The position numbers were made by a program, and so were the translations under genes. Positions 12,049 to 24,575 of a DNA stretch of 64,000 nucleotides are shown in pieces. The stretch's first letter is position 1. Each line of letters begins with the position of its first letter. The DNA is taken from assembly GCF_009914755.1 (NCBI RefSeq), contig NC_060929.1; one strand, given 5' to 3'. The notes under the pieces are model-generated. The model was not told where the DNA came from, did not search any database, and saw only the letters and a list, made by a program, of their open reading frames with translations. The stretch comes from the human T2T-CHM13v2.0 reference genome, Homo sapiens.

Positions 12049-13265
12049 GTCCAAGGGAAAAAAAAAAAAAACTGAGTACATATCAATTAGGTACAGTCAG
12101 CAGTAAAAATCATCAAGGTATAACACAAATGATTCATGAATGGGGAACACTTTATCTCAGCTAGCCCCTGAGGACAGGAGCAACAGTGTTGATCTATACA
12201 TCCCAGGGCCTGGCACATAGTGGGAGCTTAATGAATGAACATAAACTCACAATCTTACTCCATCATTGTGCAATGCAGTTTGAATGGTTGTGACACCCAT
12301 AACCTCAAATATATACAATTCAGACCTCCCACTTCATATCTGAGTAGAATATGGCAGTAGTTGGTTGGTTGCACTTCTCAGCGTCTCAGCCTTTGTATTA
12401 ACTATGGTCCATCTCTACATCCCAGCAAATCATCCCTCCGTTGTGTCCCCCTGCAATGTGGATGGAGAATTAGCTGAATATGCCCAGAAAGCCAAGTGAC
12501 TCAAAATTCATCCCCTTCATTCTGACCCCCAGTCAAATCCAGATGTCACAAAACAGTTTGTGATCTGTCATGGTCACTGTGGACTGGGTGAAGAGGCCAC
12601 AACCATTAGTGGAGATCAGTTCTCAAACCATTGCTTTAGGAATGTTTATTACAGGACTTGGTTTCTGACTTTCTGAGCACAGCTAAACAAATGGTAATGC
12701 AGTTTACAGTCCTCAGAACCATCATTTTAATAGTGATCTTCACTGGATTAAAAAAATCTCTTTTTGTTCTTGGCCTCCCACCTGTAGTTTTTTTCCTTGT
12801 TAAATACATGCGTGGCCCATTGCAGCTCCACAGCCATTCATATCTCAGTGCCTGTAGGGGTGGGAGTAAGGGGGCATGGAGATATTTCTTATGTATCCCA
12901 TATCATAGTATTTTGGAGAGAAAGAAGTCTTCTCTTCCAAAAGTATGAAACTGTTCATGAGAATATAATGTGTTTGCAGAAATCAGTTATGTTCAATGGG
13001 TAGGTGTTTTCGTGCTTCAAATTAATATCTGTCCTTTAAAAATAGCAGATGTTTAGCTGTATATGTGGGTGGTCGACAAATGCAGGCACTCCACATTTGC
13101 TCCAAGTGCAGGGCTGACAGACAAGGGTGGCTCTCACGACCAAGGCAATCCCCACCCCTCCTCTCACCCCTCCCACTCTGTGGCGATGCTTCCTTGGCAT
13201 CTCAGATCCATACTGTTGTGCCTCACTTCTCAAATGCATGGAAGCTACACTTCCCAGCACAGTAA

Positions 13266-13420
13266 CAGTGACCTGCTTGAAGTGAGGTCTTCAGACCAGT
13301 GCCATCATCACCCAGGAGCTGGTTAGCAATACAGAATCCCAGGCTCCAGTCCACATCTACTGAATCAAAACCTGCATTTTAACACCACCCCAGGTGACTC
13401 TTGTGTACATTGAAGGCTGT
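13266..13420 (+). mobile_element. MER5A-like MITE
   Basis: catcacccaggagctggttagcaatacagaatcccaggctcc...ctactgaatcaaaacctgcattttaaca...ccccaggtgactc. Confidence 0.8.
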
Positions 13421-13689
13421 GGTCCCAGAGCACTCCGTCTCTAACCTCTTTAGTCTCTCTTACTGCATTTTACCTTTTATTACCTATTTCTGTATTATAC
13501 TCTTCATTTTGCATGCGACAGTTGAGGGCAAGCATCGCCTTATTTTTTTTTTCTTAGATCTGTTTAGCATGTAGGTGATTTTCCTAGCACAGTGGTACTT
13601 GATCAACTCCTGAATTTAATGCAGATATTCGGATTATAACCACAGGGAGAGTGGTAGTATGTACACCAGAAAGGGAAGAGTGCCACCTG

Positions 13690-13925
13690 TAAGGGAGCTC
13701 TGGGTTTAGGCATATTTGACTCTTCCACTTCACAGCTGGGCAGTCTTGAGCACATTATTTGTCTCCTCTAAGCCTCAGTTGCCATAACTGTAAAATGCAG
13801 ATCATAATTGCTATCTCATAGGTTTGTTTTTAGGATCAAATGGGATCAAACATATAAAGCAATTGGCATGGTGCTAATTGGTTCACAGAGAGCTCTCAAG
13901 AAACATTAGCTACTATTATATGAAT
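13690..13925 (+). mobile_element. MIR
   Basis: ctctaagcctcagttgccataactgtaaaatgcagatcataat...ctcataggtttgtttttaggatcaaatg...aaacattagctactattat. Confidence 0.85.
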
Positions 13926-14006
13926 TATCATTTCAGCCAGTAGGTTCTATACTATATCATAATTCCAAAAAGAACATCCCCACCTCAACTTTAAAAAATT
14001 ACCCTC

Positions 14007-14209
14007 ATAGCTCTCAACTGGGGTTGATTTTCCTCCCCAGGGGACAGTTGGCATTGCCTGGAGGCATTAGATTGTCGTGAACTGGGGAGAAGGTGGGCTG
14101 TGTGGTAGAGTTCAGGAATGCTGCCTAACAGCCCGTGATGCACAGGACAGCCCCACAACAAGCCATGATCCAGCCCAAAATGTCAATCATGCCAGTTGAG
14201 AAATCGCTA
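14007..14209 (+). mobile_element. MER20
   Basis: ctctcaactggggttgattttcctccccaggggacagttggca...gcacaggacagccccacaaca...ccagcccaaaatgtcaat...gttgagaaa. Confidence 0.85.
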
Positions 14210-15834
14210 TTATCCACAGAGGAACTGAGGTAAGCAAAATCACCATTTTTTCTTGAGGATTTAGGTACCTTGGTATATTCATCCTCTCAAATATTAATGT
14301 TGAGCCCTTTTGTCAGAATCCATCTACTATGAGGCAAATCATTTCCTTTGGTACAGAATCACACCCTGGAAAACCTGATGCAACCTGATTAACCTATTAA
14401 AGGTCATAAAACAATAACAATTACATTGCACATTTCATTCTTTAATATCAAAGAGAGCTAGGTTCTTTGAAATGTAAAACATCATAAGTGAAAGGATAGG
14501 GCCTGCAATTCCCCCAGGAGCCCAAGGTCATTGTATAAATAACATTCTGGTTCCCCTATTAATTTCACTCCATTCTGGGATGTGCAGGAGGCCATAATTG
14601 TTAGAGGAAGAGGAGAAGGCTGAACTTTTGCTGCCCATGACGGAGGTCAGACAGTGTAACTGTGGTCCGTGGTTCAAAACAGTTGCCCAAAATGGAGCAA
14701 AATAAATGTCCTTACAGCTGGTAGAAAGATCAAGATGAAACGTCTACGTTGTTTTTCCCTTAAAAAATCAGAGATGCTGCAAGAGCTCCCAAGAAGGTAT
14801 TAATTTCCCAGGTACTACTGCAAAAATAAGGGTGAGGAGGCGAGTGTTAGGCTTTATTCCTGCTGTGAATAGATTAAGCAGACACCAATTTACACCTCAT
14901 TGTTAAGAGTAACTTTTTTCTGCAAGTGAGACCACATTTACATCTTTTGTAATTAAGCTAAAGGAATTTTTTTTAATGACATTTCCCCTACCACAAATCA
15001 TGAAGTAAATATTTTAAGTGAGATCAAATGCTAACATGTATACATTAGAACCGTAAAAATAAAAAGAGAGACAGAGAGACAGAGTCCTAGCGCCACCTTT
15101 CAGCTTCGTCATTTGCTGGGCTGGGATATTCTCTGTGCCTGTTGGTGCTTTGGTTTTGGAAAAGGCCGGGTATGACTAAGTGAGGCAGTTAAAGAGATGG
15201 TGAGCGTGGAGGGATTCGCTCTTGGAAGGGATGGCTGTGCCAGCTTCCCTGAAAGCAGGAGGTATGGCAGTGAGTTAGTGAGTGCTCCCAGTCATTCAGG
15301 GCACACCATCCATCAGCAGGAGCGTGAGGCTGCGATGGCATCCATCCATCCGTCTCCTGCATGCTTTGCTTTTTGGCAATTTTCGTTTTTAGGAAAATTG
15401 AACGTAGAGAGCTGTATATTAAGAGCTCTAACATCCTTTATTCCCCACACAAGAGAATCTAGTTGGGCAAAGAGGCATTTTTTCCCCCTAACAATAGAGT
15501 TTGCATGGCTGCTAGAAACAATACAATTACGGACCCAGATAATAAATAATTGCAGAACAATGGGGAGAATGAGGTGTGGGCAAGGAGGAAAATGGATGGT
15601 TTCAGATAAGATTTGCACAAAGATTGAGTTGGTGAGGTGAAGTCATCCCAGGTCACGTCTGTTCTGCACTAACTGAGGTAAATTATTGTCCACACACCTG
15701 AACTGAGAGCTGGAGGCCACGCTGCCAGCCTAGACTGTGCCTTTGTAAGATGGACCTTTTCTCCTGAGAAGAGCTCAGAATGTGAAGTATTCAAATGGAA
15801 GCCTGTGACTGCTGCTTGGCCAACCTTGTGATCA

Positions 15835-16174
<340 letters not shown>

Positions 16175-16781
16175 CTACATGTTTATGGAGCCTAAATGCC
16201 AGTGTGTCACATCCCTGGGCACATGCCTAGGTACTGTAGCAATGTTGGCTCAGTGTGCATTCTCAACTCTGATATCAGCATGAAAAGACCAAGCCTCAGA
16301 TATATTTGGCTTTATTTTTAGGCTTTTCCTGAAAAAGGTGCAAGCACATCATAAACTTTGTCTTCCACAAAAAGATCAGATTTACCCTTTGGAGGCATCT
16401 TTCTCCCTGTGCCACTTGCCTTTTAAATTCAAGCAGGCTTGGAGAGTCTCCTTTTCTTCCCTTGGGTTCCTCCTTAGCCTTTCCATGGTGGCTATTCTGG
16501 TGAGTACTCGCCTCTCTTTGCTTTTGATTGTGGTTCTCACCACCTGTGAAAAGACCTTCTGATGAAATACTTCCCAAAGAACCTTCTTGACCTTCTCTTC
16601 TCCTTGACCACAAGGCTACTTCTGTTTTCTGCCAAGTGATGTCTCGTAAATCTTTGTAAGTTGCACCAACTGTGTGTCCTTACAGAGTCTATCCAATCTC
16701 AGCATTGCCATTAAATATAGAACCCAATCTGTAGCCCTGGGCACCCTAACCAGAAGGATTAATTTTATAGTTTAGCAAATA

Positions 16782-17168
16782 CGGTAATGCACCAAATAAC
16801 AACATTTCAGTCAGGGACAGACCTCATATACAACAGTGGTCCCATAAGATTATAATAGAACTGCCCTATATAGTGTAACCGTTTTTATCTTCTATACAGT
16901 GTTTTTACTGTACTTTTTCTATGGTTAGACATGTTGAGATATTAAAATACTTATCATTGTGTTATAATTGCCTACAGTATTCAGGACAGTAACATGCTGT
17001 ACCGGTTTGAAGCCTGGTAGCAACAGGCTATGCCATACAGCTTAGGTGTGAAGTAGGGTTTACCATCTAGGTTTGTGTAAGTGCACTCTATGATGTTTGC
17101 ACAATGACAAAATCGCCTAAGGAGGCATGTCTCAGAATGTATCCCCATGGCTAACTGGTGCACGACTG
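16782..17168 (+). mobile_element. Tigger3a/MER7A-like TcMar MITE
   Basis: TA TSDs at 16780-81 and 17169-70; gtggtcccataagattataat...gtgttataattgcctacagtattcag...tctcagaatgtatcccc...cacgactg. Confidence 0.85.
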
Positions 17169-17170
17169 TA

Positions 17171-18310
17171 CTTACTAAGTCTATCCTATGTACCAGCCAT
17201 CGTTCTAAGTGTGGGGACCAAAAAGACAACTTCTGACCCTCTTGAAGCTTACATTCTGAGAAAGCGAGTCAGACAGTGACCAAAATCAGTAAACCATATA
17301 GTGATTTAGAAGTCTTAAGTGCAATGGAAAGGAACAGAAAGGGAGGATGGAGAATTGGGGGCAAGGAGATGATGCAGTTTGATCAGGGCAAGCCCTGCTG
17401 AGAAAAAATGATTTTGGAGGAAACACCCAAAGAGAGTGTGAAAGTAATCCATGTTCATGAAGAAGAACCTTTGAGGTAGAGGCCTATGCAGCTGAAAAGA
17501 GAAAAGTGAGGGAGAGATTAGTGGAGTTGACATCGGATAAATTGAGGGAAGGGCAGAGCATGTCAAGTCTTTAGAAAGTCAAGTCTTTAGGAAGACTTGG
17601 GCTCCTCTGAGATAAGGAGCTCATAGATGGCTTTGAGGAGGAGTAAGATTATCTGGCTTACATTGTAAAAGAATCACCCTGATTAGCAGAGTTGGAAATA
17701 ATCAGCAGGGGATGTATCAGTAATTTATTACTAGATAAAAAATGCAGCAGAACTTGGCAGATTGAAACAAGAGGAAATGATTGTTGCTCACATTCTGGTG
17801 TGTCCAACAGGCAGTTCTTTTGGGGGACTTGCCTGTACTCACTTGTACAGTTTCATCCAGCTGGTGGGTTTCATGGGGGCTGGACTCCATGAAATATTTG
17901 AGCGTTTCCCTCCTCTTGGTTTTTCATCTTCTAGGAGGCCAGAAAAGGCTTTCTTTCATGGGGATGGCATTCTTCCAGCAGGGCAAGCCCCTATGCTCAA
18001 GAACTTCTTGTGCCTTTTCTTGCATCATGTTTGTTAATGGCCTATTGGCCAAAGCAAGTCATGGCCAATCCCAGAGTCTGGCCAATCCCAGAGTCAGTAT
18101 GAGAGAGAACTATACAAGACTGTGAATACACGAAGGTAAGATACATTAGGAATCCCCAGCATAAGGAACTGCCACAGGGGCCTAAAGTAGAAATCATGGA
18201 AAACAATTGAGAGGCGCTACAAAATCCAGAAAAGAAATGATGATAGACTGCAACAGAGTGCTAACAATGAAAGTTTTAAGAAGTGCCCAAATTCTAAATA
18301 TGTTTTACAG
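17171..18310 (-). mobile_element. L2, interrupted by an MLT1 LTR
   Basis: The antisense L2 tail continues across the Tigger3a site (tttagcaaata|cttactaagtc); L2-like purine-rich sequence resumes after 18177. Confidence 0.7.
17713..18176 (-). mobile_element. MLT1 (MLT1G/H-like) MaLR solo LTR
   Basis: tgtatcagt...aactgccaca ends; diagnostic attggccaaagcaagtcatggccaatcccagagtc; approximate 5-bp TSD gggga/ggggc. Confidence 0.75.
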
Positions 18311-18809
18311 GATGACCTTATTTTTATTGTGTCAAGTCAGTAGGACAAGGCTATTAAGCTTCCAGGGATTGGTGATGGTCTTATTATGCGTGAGATGATG
18401 TCATAATAAAGTAAATGAGGTCAGGGATAGGTTTCTTTTATTGCCAATAATTATTCAACGAGTTTTCTGTACAATTGTAAACTTAGCAATTCACTTAGTG
18501 CCGTGACTACACAGCACCCTGTCAATATCATCATCAGCTAATATTTATCGAGCACCCTCTGAGTACATGGTATTGCACTCACAGCAACAGAGGTGAGCTG
18601 CATTAATTCTTTCAGCCAGTGCAGGATTATTGAGTGGTTTATTACATCACTCTATTAATTGGTGCCCCAGCAGCTTCCGGAACAACATTTAGCTTCCATA
18701 ATGCAATTCTTTTTCCTCTTAGAGTAGATTTAGCTTTGGTAGAATTTAACTGCACAAAGAAATGATAGGGCTATCTGCCTTTATAAATATGCTAATGTTT
18801 TTTGTTTAT

Positions 18810-18960
18810 CTTATTATCAGAAACTTGGAGATACTGGTCCCATTTCATAGACGGAGAAGTTGAGGTAGATAGCGGTGAAGTAATTTAGCTAATGCTATGT
18901 GCTGAGATCAGGGATTGAAATGCAATCACTTTATCTATTGCACTATACTGCCTCTCAGTG
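18810..18960 (-). mobile_element. MIR fragment
   Basis: cccatttcatagacggagaagttgaggtagatagcggtgaagtaatttagc. Confidence 0.7.
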
Positions 18961-21564
18961 GTGTATGTTATTCCCATTTTGCTCTCACACTAATATATGG
19001 TCATGAAAACACCCAAAAAGATTTAACTGGCGTCTATATTCTTTAAGGGAGTGTATGGCACTTTTCTTTGACATCTGCACAGACTAATCACTGGAAAAGT
19101 GGTTTGTTTGTTTGTTGTTGTTGTTTAAGCCCCTTATTATAGGGGATTTGTCAGCTGTTAAAATCACCACTTTTTTGTGTGAGTTAAATTCTCATCAGAA
19201 AGATGTTTTTGCTTTTATGGTACATCTAAAGTTTTAGGAACTAGCTCATGAAATAAATGATCTCATTGAGATCCCTACTTTCATTTTGTTCTGGAAACAG
19301 TTATTCACTGGCGATTGTTTTGGTTGATCATTCTTTTTGAGAGAGTTCTCTTTTTTTTTTTAATGAAAGAGTTAAATAGGGGAGCTAAGAAAACTGTGAG
19401 TGGAAGGGAGCCGTTTAAATGCAGAATTTCTTTGCAAATCTTGAAAGTAGCGCCATTAGATGTCACGTACTCTGAGATGCACTAGAGTGTACACCCTCCA
19501 GAATGTCTGTCTGTTGTAATTCCATCACATTACATATTTTAGTGCATATCTCTTCCTAGCAGCTTCCAGAGCTTTTCAGATATTCAGCATCAGAAATTGC
19601 ACTGTTTTTTCCTGGATTTTACAAATAGCAACCAGATTATTGTAAAACAGAACTATCTGATAAGTAAGGTTGTGAATTGCTTTTGTGATTGTCATGGGTA
19701 AGAGCATTGAAGAAACTCGCAAACAGTGCAGCACACTGGTTCCTGTAAAAATAAAACCTGTAGCAGTGAATGCGTTTTTCTGATGAATACGTTCAAGGCT
19801 GTGATCATTGTGCAACTTCTGGTTGGATGCTTTCAAACGTTCCATATTGAGAAACATCAGTAACAAGAACCAAATAGTCCACCAAAGCCTGTATTCAACT
19901 CAATGGAGAGGAACGTAAATTCTTACTTAGAGTTTCATTGAGGCCAACTCTATTCGGTCCACCATGGGAAGCAGAGATTTAAGGTTCTCTCTTGATTTGC
20001 TTTCCATTTTTACTTTATGATAAGGTGGCTCCGCTACTTTGGTTTTCACTTAAGGGGTTGTTCCAATTACTATGCAAAACAGAAATGGAAAACAGACAAG
20101 ACAGACTTCTGTTCAGCAGACAAAAACCAAAATACCAGAACATGTTAATTAATGTGAGCAGTTTTATAAGCAAAATAATTTGTTTTAATTGGCTAAATAA
20201 GATCTGATATAATTATAATAGCCAATAAACTAATTTCAGAAAACTATTTATATCACAAACCTTTAATCACATTATATACTCATTGCAAGTTTGGAAACGG
20301 ATATAAAAATCGACCCAAATTATCTCATCTTTACAAATAAGAAAGATACATTAAGGGCTTTTTTGAAACTTCAAAGGTTATGCTCTTTTCTTATTTTGGA
20401 GAATTTCTTTTTCTTTTTGGAAAAAATATATAGGCAATTTCAGGAGCATGAATCTTTAGTGAATCAAGAAGGAAGCATTATGAGGGTGAAAAATCTTTCT
20501 TAAGAAAGCTTATTTTGTCCAAGGTAAAAGGCTTATTAAGATGAGGTTTCTTCCACAATGTTCTTTCATATCATATTCACCCTAAGGAAAAACAAACCTC
20601 GTAGAAGAGAGAGATTGTATAATTGGGCCTGAAATGACCTCCTAGAAGAGACCCTATAGAATTGAGAACTCTCTCTCTGAGGATTAGCTGCCCATGGGTC
20701 AACACAAACTGACTTCCAACTAATGTATAAACGATTGGGGGAAAACGATATGCTTCCAGAGGGCAGTTGTTAATTCTTCCTACCACAAGAATCTCAATTT
20801 GTTGGGATGAGCTAATTTTGACACCAACTTGAACACTGGTTGATGCGCAGCATGTGCACACACACACAAATACATAACAAAGTAAATAAATAAATGGCCT
20901 TTCATACAACCCCAGGGGTAAAAACGCTACAAATAAATTATGCACTTTTACATTATACTAGCTGTATTTTAACAACAGTTTTTAAAAGGCCAGGGACTGT
21001 ATTATAAGCTCTTTCACATAATTTCCGAATGACAGAATTGCATGCCCATCAGAATTGCATGCCCACCAAATCAACATGTCTTTTTTAATAAGTGCATTCT
21101 AGGTACAAGGTAGTACTCAAAGGAATAGCAATATATATTGTACAAAAAAAAAAAAATACTTCGCTCATGTAACCTTCAGTATACTTAAAATCTATGTGAT
21201 GAAGTAAGATATAAATCAAATAAAAAAGACCTAGTAATATTAGAAGAATAACAGTTCACCAATGGTATGAGATATCCAAAGGCAGGACAAGATTAATGGG
21301 AAAATTATATGTATTAAAATGTTCTCGGCAATGGGTGCTTAGACATGGGAGGAAAGAGCATTTACTGTGAGCTAATATAATGTAGAAAAAATATTTTTGG
21401 TTGGAGAAGTATCTTATTTTGAACAAAGGATAGCATACATTTAACAAATCCTTCCATGCAAAAGGAAAACATAGGGAGATAGCAGGGTACAAAATGTGTT
21501 TGGAGGTGTATAGACCAGATTTTAAAACACTGCTAGAAATAGATGAATGTAGGCAAAATTGAAT

Positions 21565-21700
21565 GGCTCATTCATGTATCAGACCCACATATACTGAACA
21601 CTCACCATGTGTTAGGCACTGGTCTAGCTACTAGGAATATAGCAGTGAACAACAACAACAACAATAAAAACACGCTGACTTCATGAAGTTTATGCAAATA
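21565..21700 (-). mobile_element. L2 3' fragment with (CAA)n
   Basis: actgaacactcaccatgtgttaggcactggtctagctactaggaatatagcagtgaacaac. Confidence 0.75.
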
Positions 21701-21812
21701 TTTCAAGACAGTAAGTGTGTGACACCATTGATTATCCTAATATGGGGAGCACAGGCAGTTCTTTATCTTAGTTCTATTGTTTTTCATTTGTGCACAGACA
21801 GGCAGAGACCAT

Positions 21813-21813
<1 letters not shown>

Positions 21814-21849
<36 letters not shown>
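21814..21849. repeat. (GT)18 microsatellite
   Basis: Direct reading. Confidence 0.95.
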
Positions 21850-21852
<3 letters not shown>

Positions 21853-22242
21853 AAAATATATATTTCAAATAAAAGCATTTATTCAACTTGTTGAAAATTC
21901 AACAATATTGTTCATCACCATGTACACAGAAAAACATCACATAGGTTGATGGAATTTTTTATGTTGTTCCAGATTGTTTTAGTATTATATAGACTTAGCC
22001 AGAGAGAAAATAAAAGAGAACATAATTAATGCATTTACTTAAAAAGAAAGAATTAAAGGTGATTAAACGCTGTGGGTATTTGTGTGGTTAGTTCTGTCTT
22101 TCTGTGTAACCTTAAAAGGATGACTATCAGCTAATAACTTTTCCTTTTCCATGCATGGAATGGGTGGCCTGAGGGGCCCATCTTCAAGCAGAATGTAAAT
22201 GCCAAGTATGAGGACCGAAATCAATGAGTATCACCTTCCTAC

Positions 22243-22245
<3 letters not shown>

Positions 22246-22274
<29 letters not shown>
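22246..22274. repeat. poly(T) run of about 29 nt
   Basis: Direct reading. Confidence 0.95.
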
Positions 22275-22276
<2 letters not shown>

Positions 22277-22454
22277 AGAGAACTGCATTTGTTTCTATCT
22301 GTGCAGCCATAGCTACATCATTCATATGTAATGTTTGTCTTTTATATTATTTTGTATAATTTTGATGATTTTCGTGGAAAACGTGATGAAAACATTTCCC
22401 CAAAAAAAGTGTTGCTGAATTTAAATGTGTTTAAAAACTTAATCCCCATGAGCA

Positions 22455-24575
22455 TAGATGATCAAACACTCAACAAATATTTACCGAATAAGCAAGCTAC
22501 TTTGTTTACAGATTGTGGGAGGTACTAAAGATGCAAAGTGTTTAAAATGTGAATATTGTTCTCATTTAATTTAAACATATATGGAAGAACGGGGCACAAA
22601 CCAGAAAAGCCAAGTAATAATAAACCTATGTGGCATAAGCTAAGTCTGAATGCCTGACATGGATAAAAATAACTAGAAGGTAGGAAGACAAGGGTTAATA
22701 TCCTGGCTTTGCCATTTGCTCCTTGTGTGATGTCGGGTAAGTTAATTTTGCTAAATCTCAGTTTTGTTGTCTGTAAAATGGTTCCAGCAACAGCCATTTG
22801 GTGAGTTGTTGCAAGGTTAGAAATTAGAGGCAATGATAAGTCCCTGTCATTTAAGAAGCATTCCCATTACTATGAACTATTTTATTATTGGGTAGGTGTT
22901 AGCTATATACTAGCTATTATATAATAGCTTTACATGGATTAGCTATTAAGTTCTCACAATATTTTACAGATGGGGAGAGCAGGGTTTAGAGAGTAAAAGA
23001 ATTTGACCCATGTTCCACAATTAGGAAACAAATTTCAGGGTGGGAATTTGGACTTAGGACTAACCCCAAAGCCCAGCTCCTAATTATGATACATCCCAGA
23101 GCACTGTGATAGCTATGGGAATTAACAGTTTCATCAATGTAAACCAAGAAAGTCAAGGATATACTTGCGGAGGACATGTAACCTGTCCTGGTCTCTGATA
23201 AAAGATTGGAGTTAAATATGTTGATATGAAAGAGAAAAGGCCGTTCTAAACAGAACGAATAATGTACTTGAGGCTCTGAAAGGGATGCATATGCATCAGG
23301 CTGGGCGTACAGTAAGCTCTTGTGCAGTAGGGATAGAACCAGTGTTTACATGGATAGGTTGGTGTCAAACCACAGAGGCGACTGAAGTTGAGGCAAACAA
23401 ATCTGCACTTGATTCTCTAAGGAATTGTGAACCTTAGATGATGTGCAAGCCGATACATAAGATAATGAAATAAAACAGACTTTCAATTGACCAATCAATA
23501 ACTATTGGGAATGGATGTCATTCAGAGTGGCATTTTAAGAAGGTGATTCTGGCTTGAGAAGGATGAATTGGAGAAGAAAAAAAAAAACCTCTTAAAACGG
23601 CTGTTTTCAATGGCTGTGTCACGACAGTTGGGAGAAGTGTCACAATGAACAAGGCACTAATAGAAAAGTATTTGTTTGCCAAACATTAGCTAGTTTATAG
23701 ATTAGGGCAGAGTCAAGGTCGTATGTAGAATAATGTCATTCTCCTTTCATTCAGATTCCAAGTGCATTCTTGAGAAGGGGAAAGGCGGTGTTACGATCTC
23801 TGGTGCAGTCCTTGCCAGAACCCTAGGAATGCCCCCTGGAATGGGTGCTGCATTTCACCGCCCTTCATGTGTTTCAGCACAACTAAAACAGCCTAAAGAA
23901 GAGCTGCATTGAAGAATTATTGCAACTGTCCAGGCAAAAGTACACAAATCAAGAAATGTCAGAGGTCTGAAAACAGTAACTTTAAGAGATATGGGGTTGG
24001 TATTTAAGTTATTGGTAATTGAATGATTGTGGTGGGGGAAGAACTGAGCCCTGAATGGCTTGAAGGATTTTACATTTTACACTGGTGAGGAGATTTGGAG
24101 AAAGGGCTTGCTTCGAGGGTGAGTTCATGAGTTGAGTGGTAGAACTTATTGAGTTTTAAGCATATTATCCAAGTGGAAAAACCCAGAGAGGAATTTGAAG
24201 AACTGTAGCTTGTAAAGAGGGTCAGAGTGGAAAGAAGTCTTTATGAGTCATCCATTTTGAGGTGATGAAATATTGTCCATGTTATCCATTTTTAAAATTT
24301 TAAAAAGCTGTTGAGTGGGTTTCCTAACAATGGAAGTTCACATTTACTGATGCACTTGCTATGTGCTGGGAGCAGGACCTACCACGGCACAGACATTGTT
24401 TGTTCTTAATGACAACCCATGAAGCAGGTAGCCTTACACCCATCTTAAGATGAGGACACAATGAGACAAAATAACTCAGTCAAGGTCACACAGCAGTAGG
24501 TAGTGGAGCTGGGATTCAATCTTAGGCAGGGTAACCTGGTTCCAAAAACTGAGCACTTAACTACCGTATCATACG
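22455..24575. mobile_element. Cluster of antisense L2 fragments and MIRs (+ 22690-22890; - 22930-23110; - 24335-24575)
   Basis: MIR cores (ctcagttttgttgtctgtaaaatgg; ttttacagatgggg; caaggtcacacagcagtaggtagtggagctgggattcaa) and L2-like purine-rich tracts. Confidence 0.65.

Noticed and set aside
15197-15640. Longest ORF in the track (147 aa)
   Set aside because: No recognisable domain or exon structure; overlapped by similarly random ORFs on the other strand; a length expected by chance in 64 kb.
19445-19470. CTCF-like tagcgccattagatgtca, and tagcgccacctttcag at about 15088
   Set aside because: Only the GGCGCTA half matches; several core positions mismatch.
22246-22282. T29-GCAG acceptor-like site (also T-run ACAG at about 29519-29537)
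   Set aside because: No convincing donor at exon distance; probably simple homopolymer expansions.
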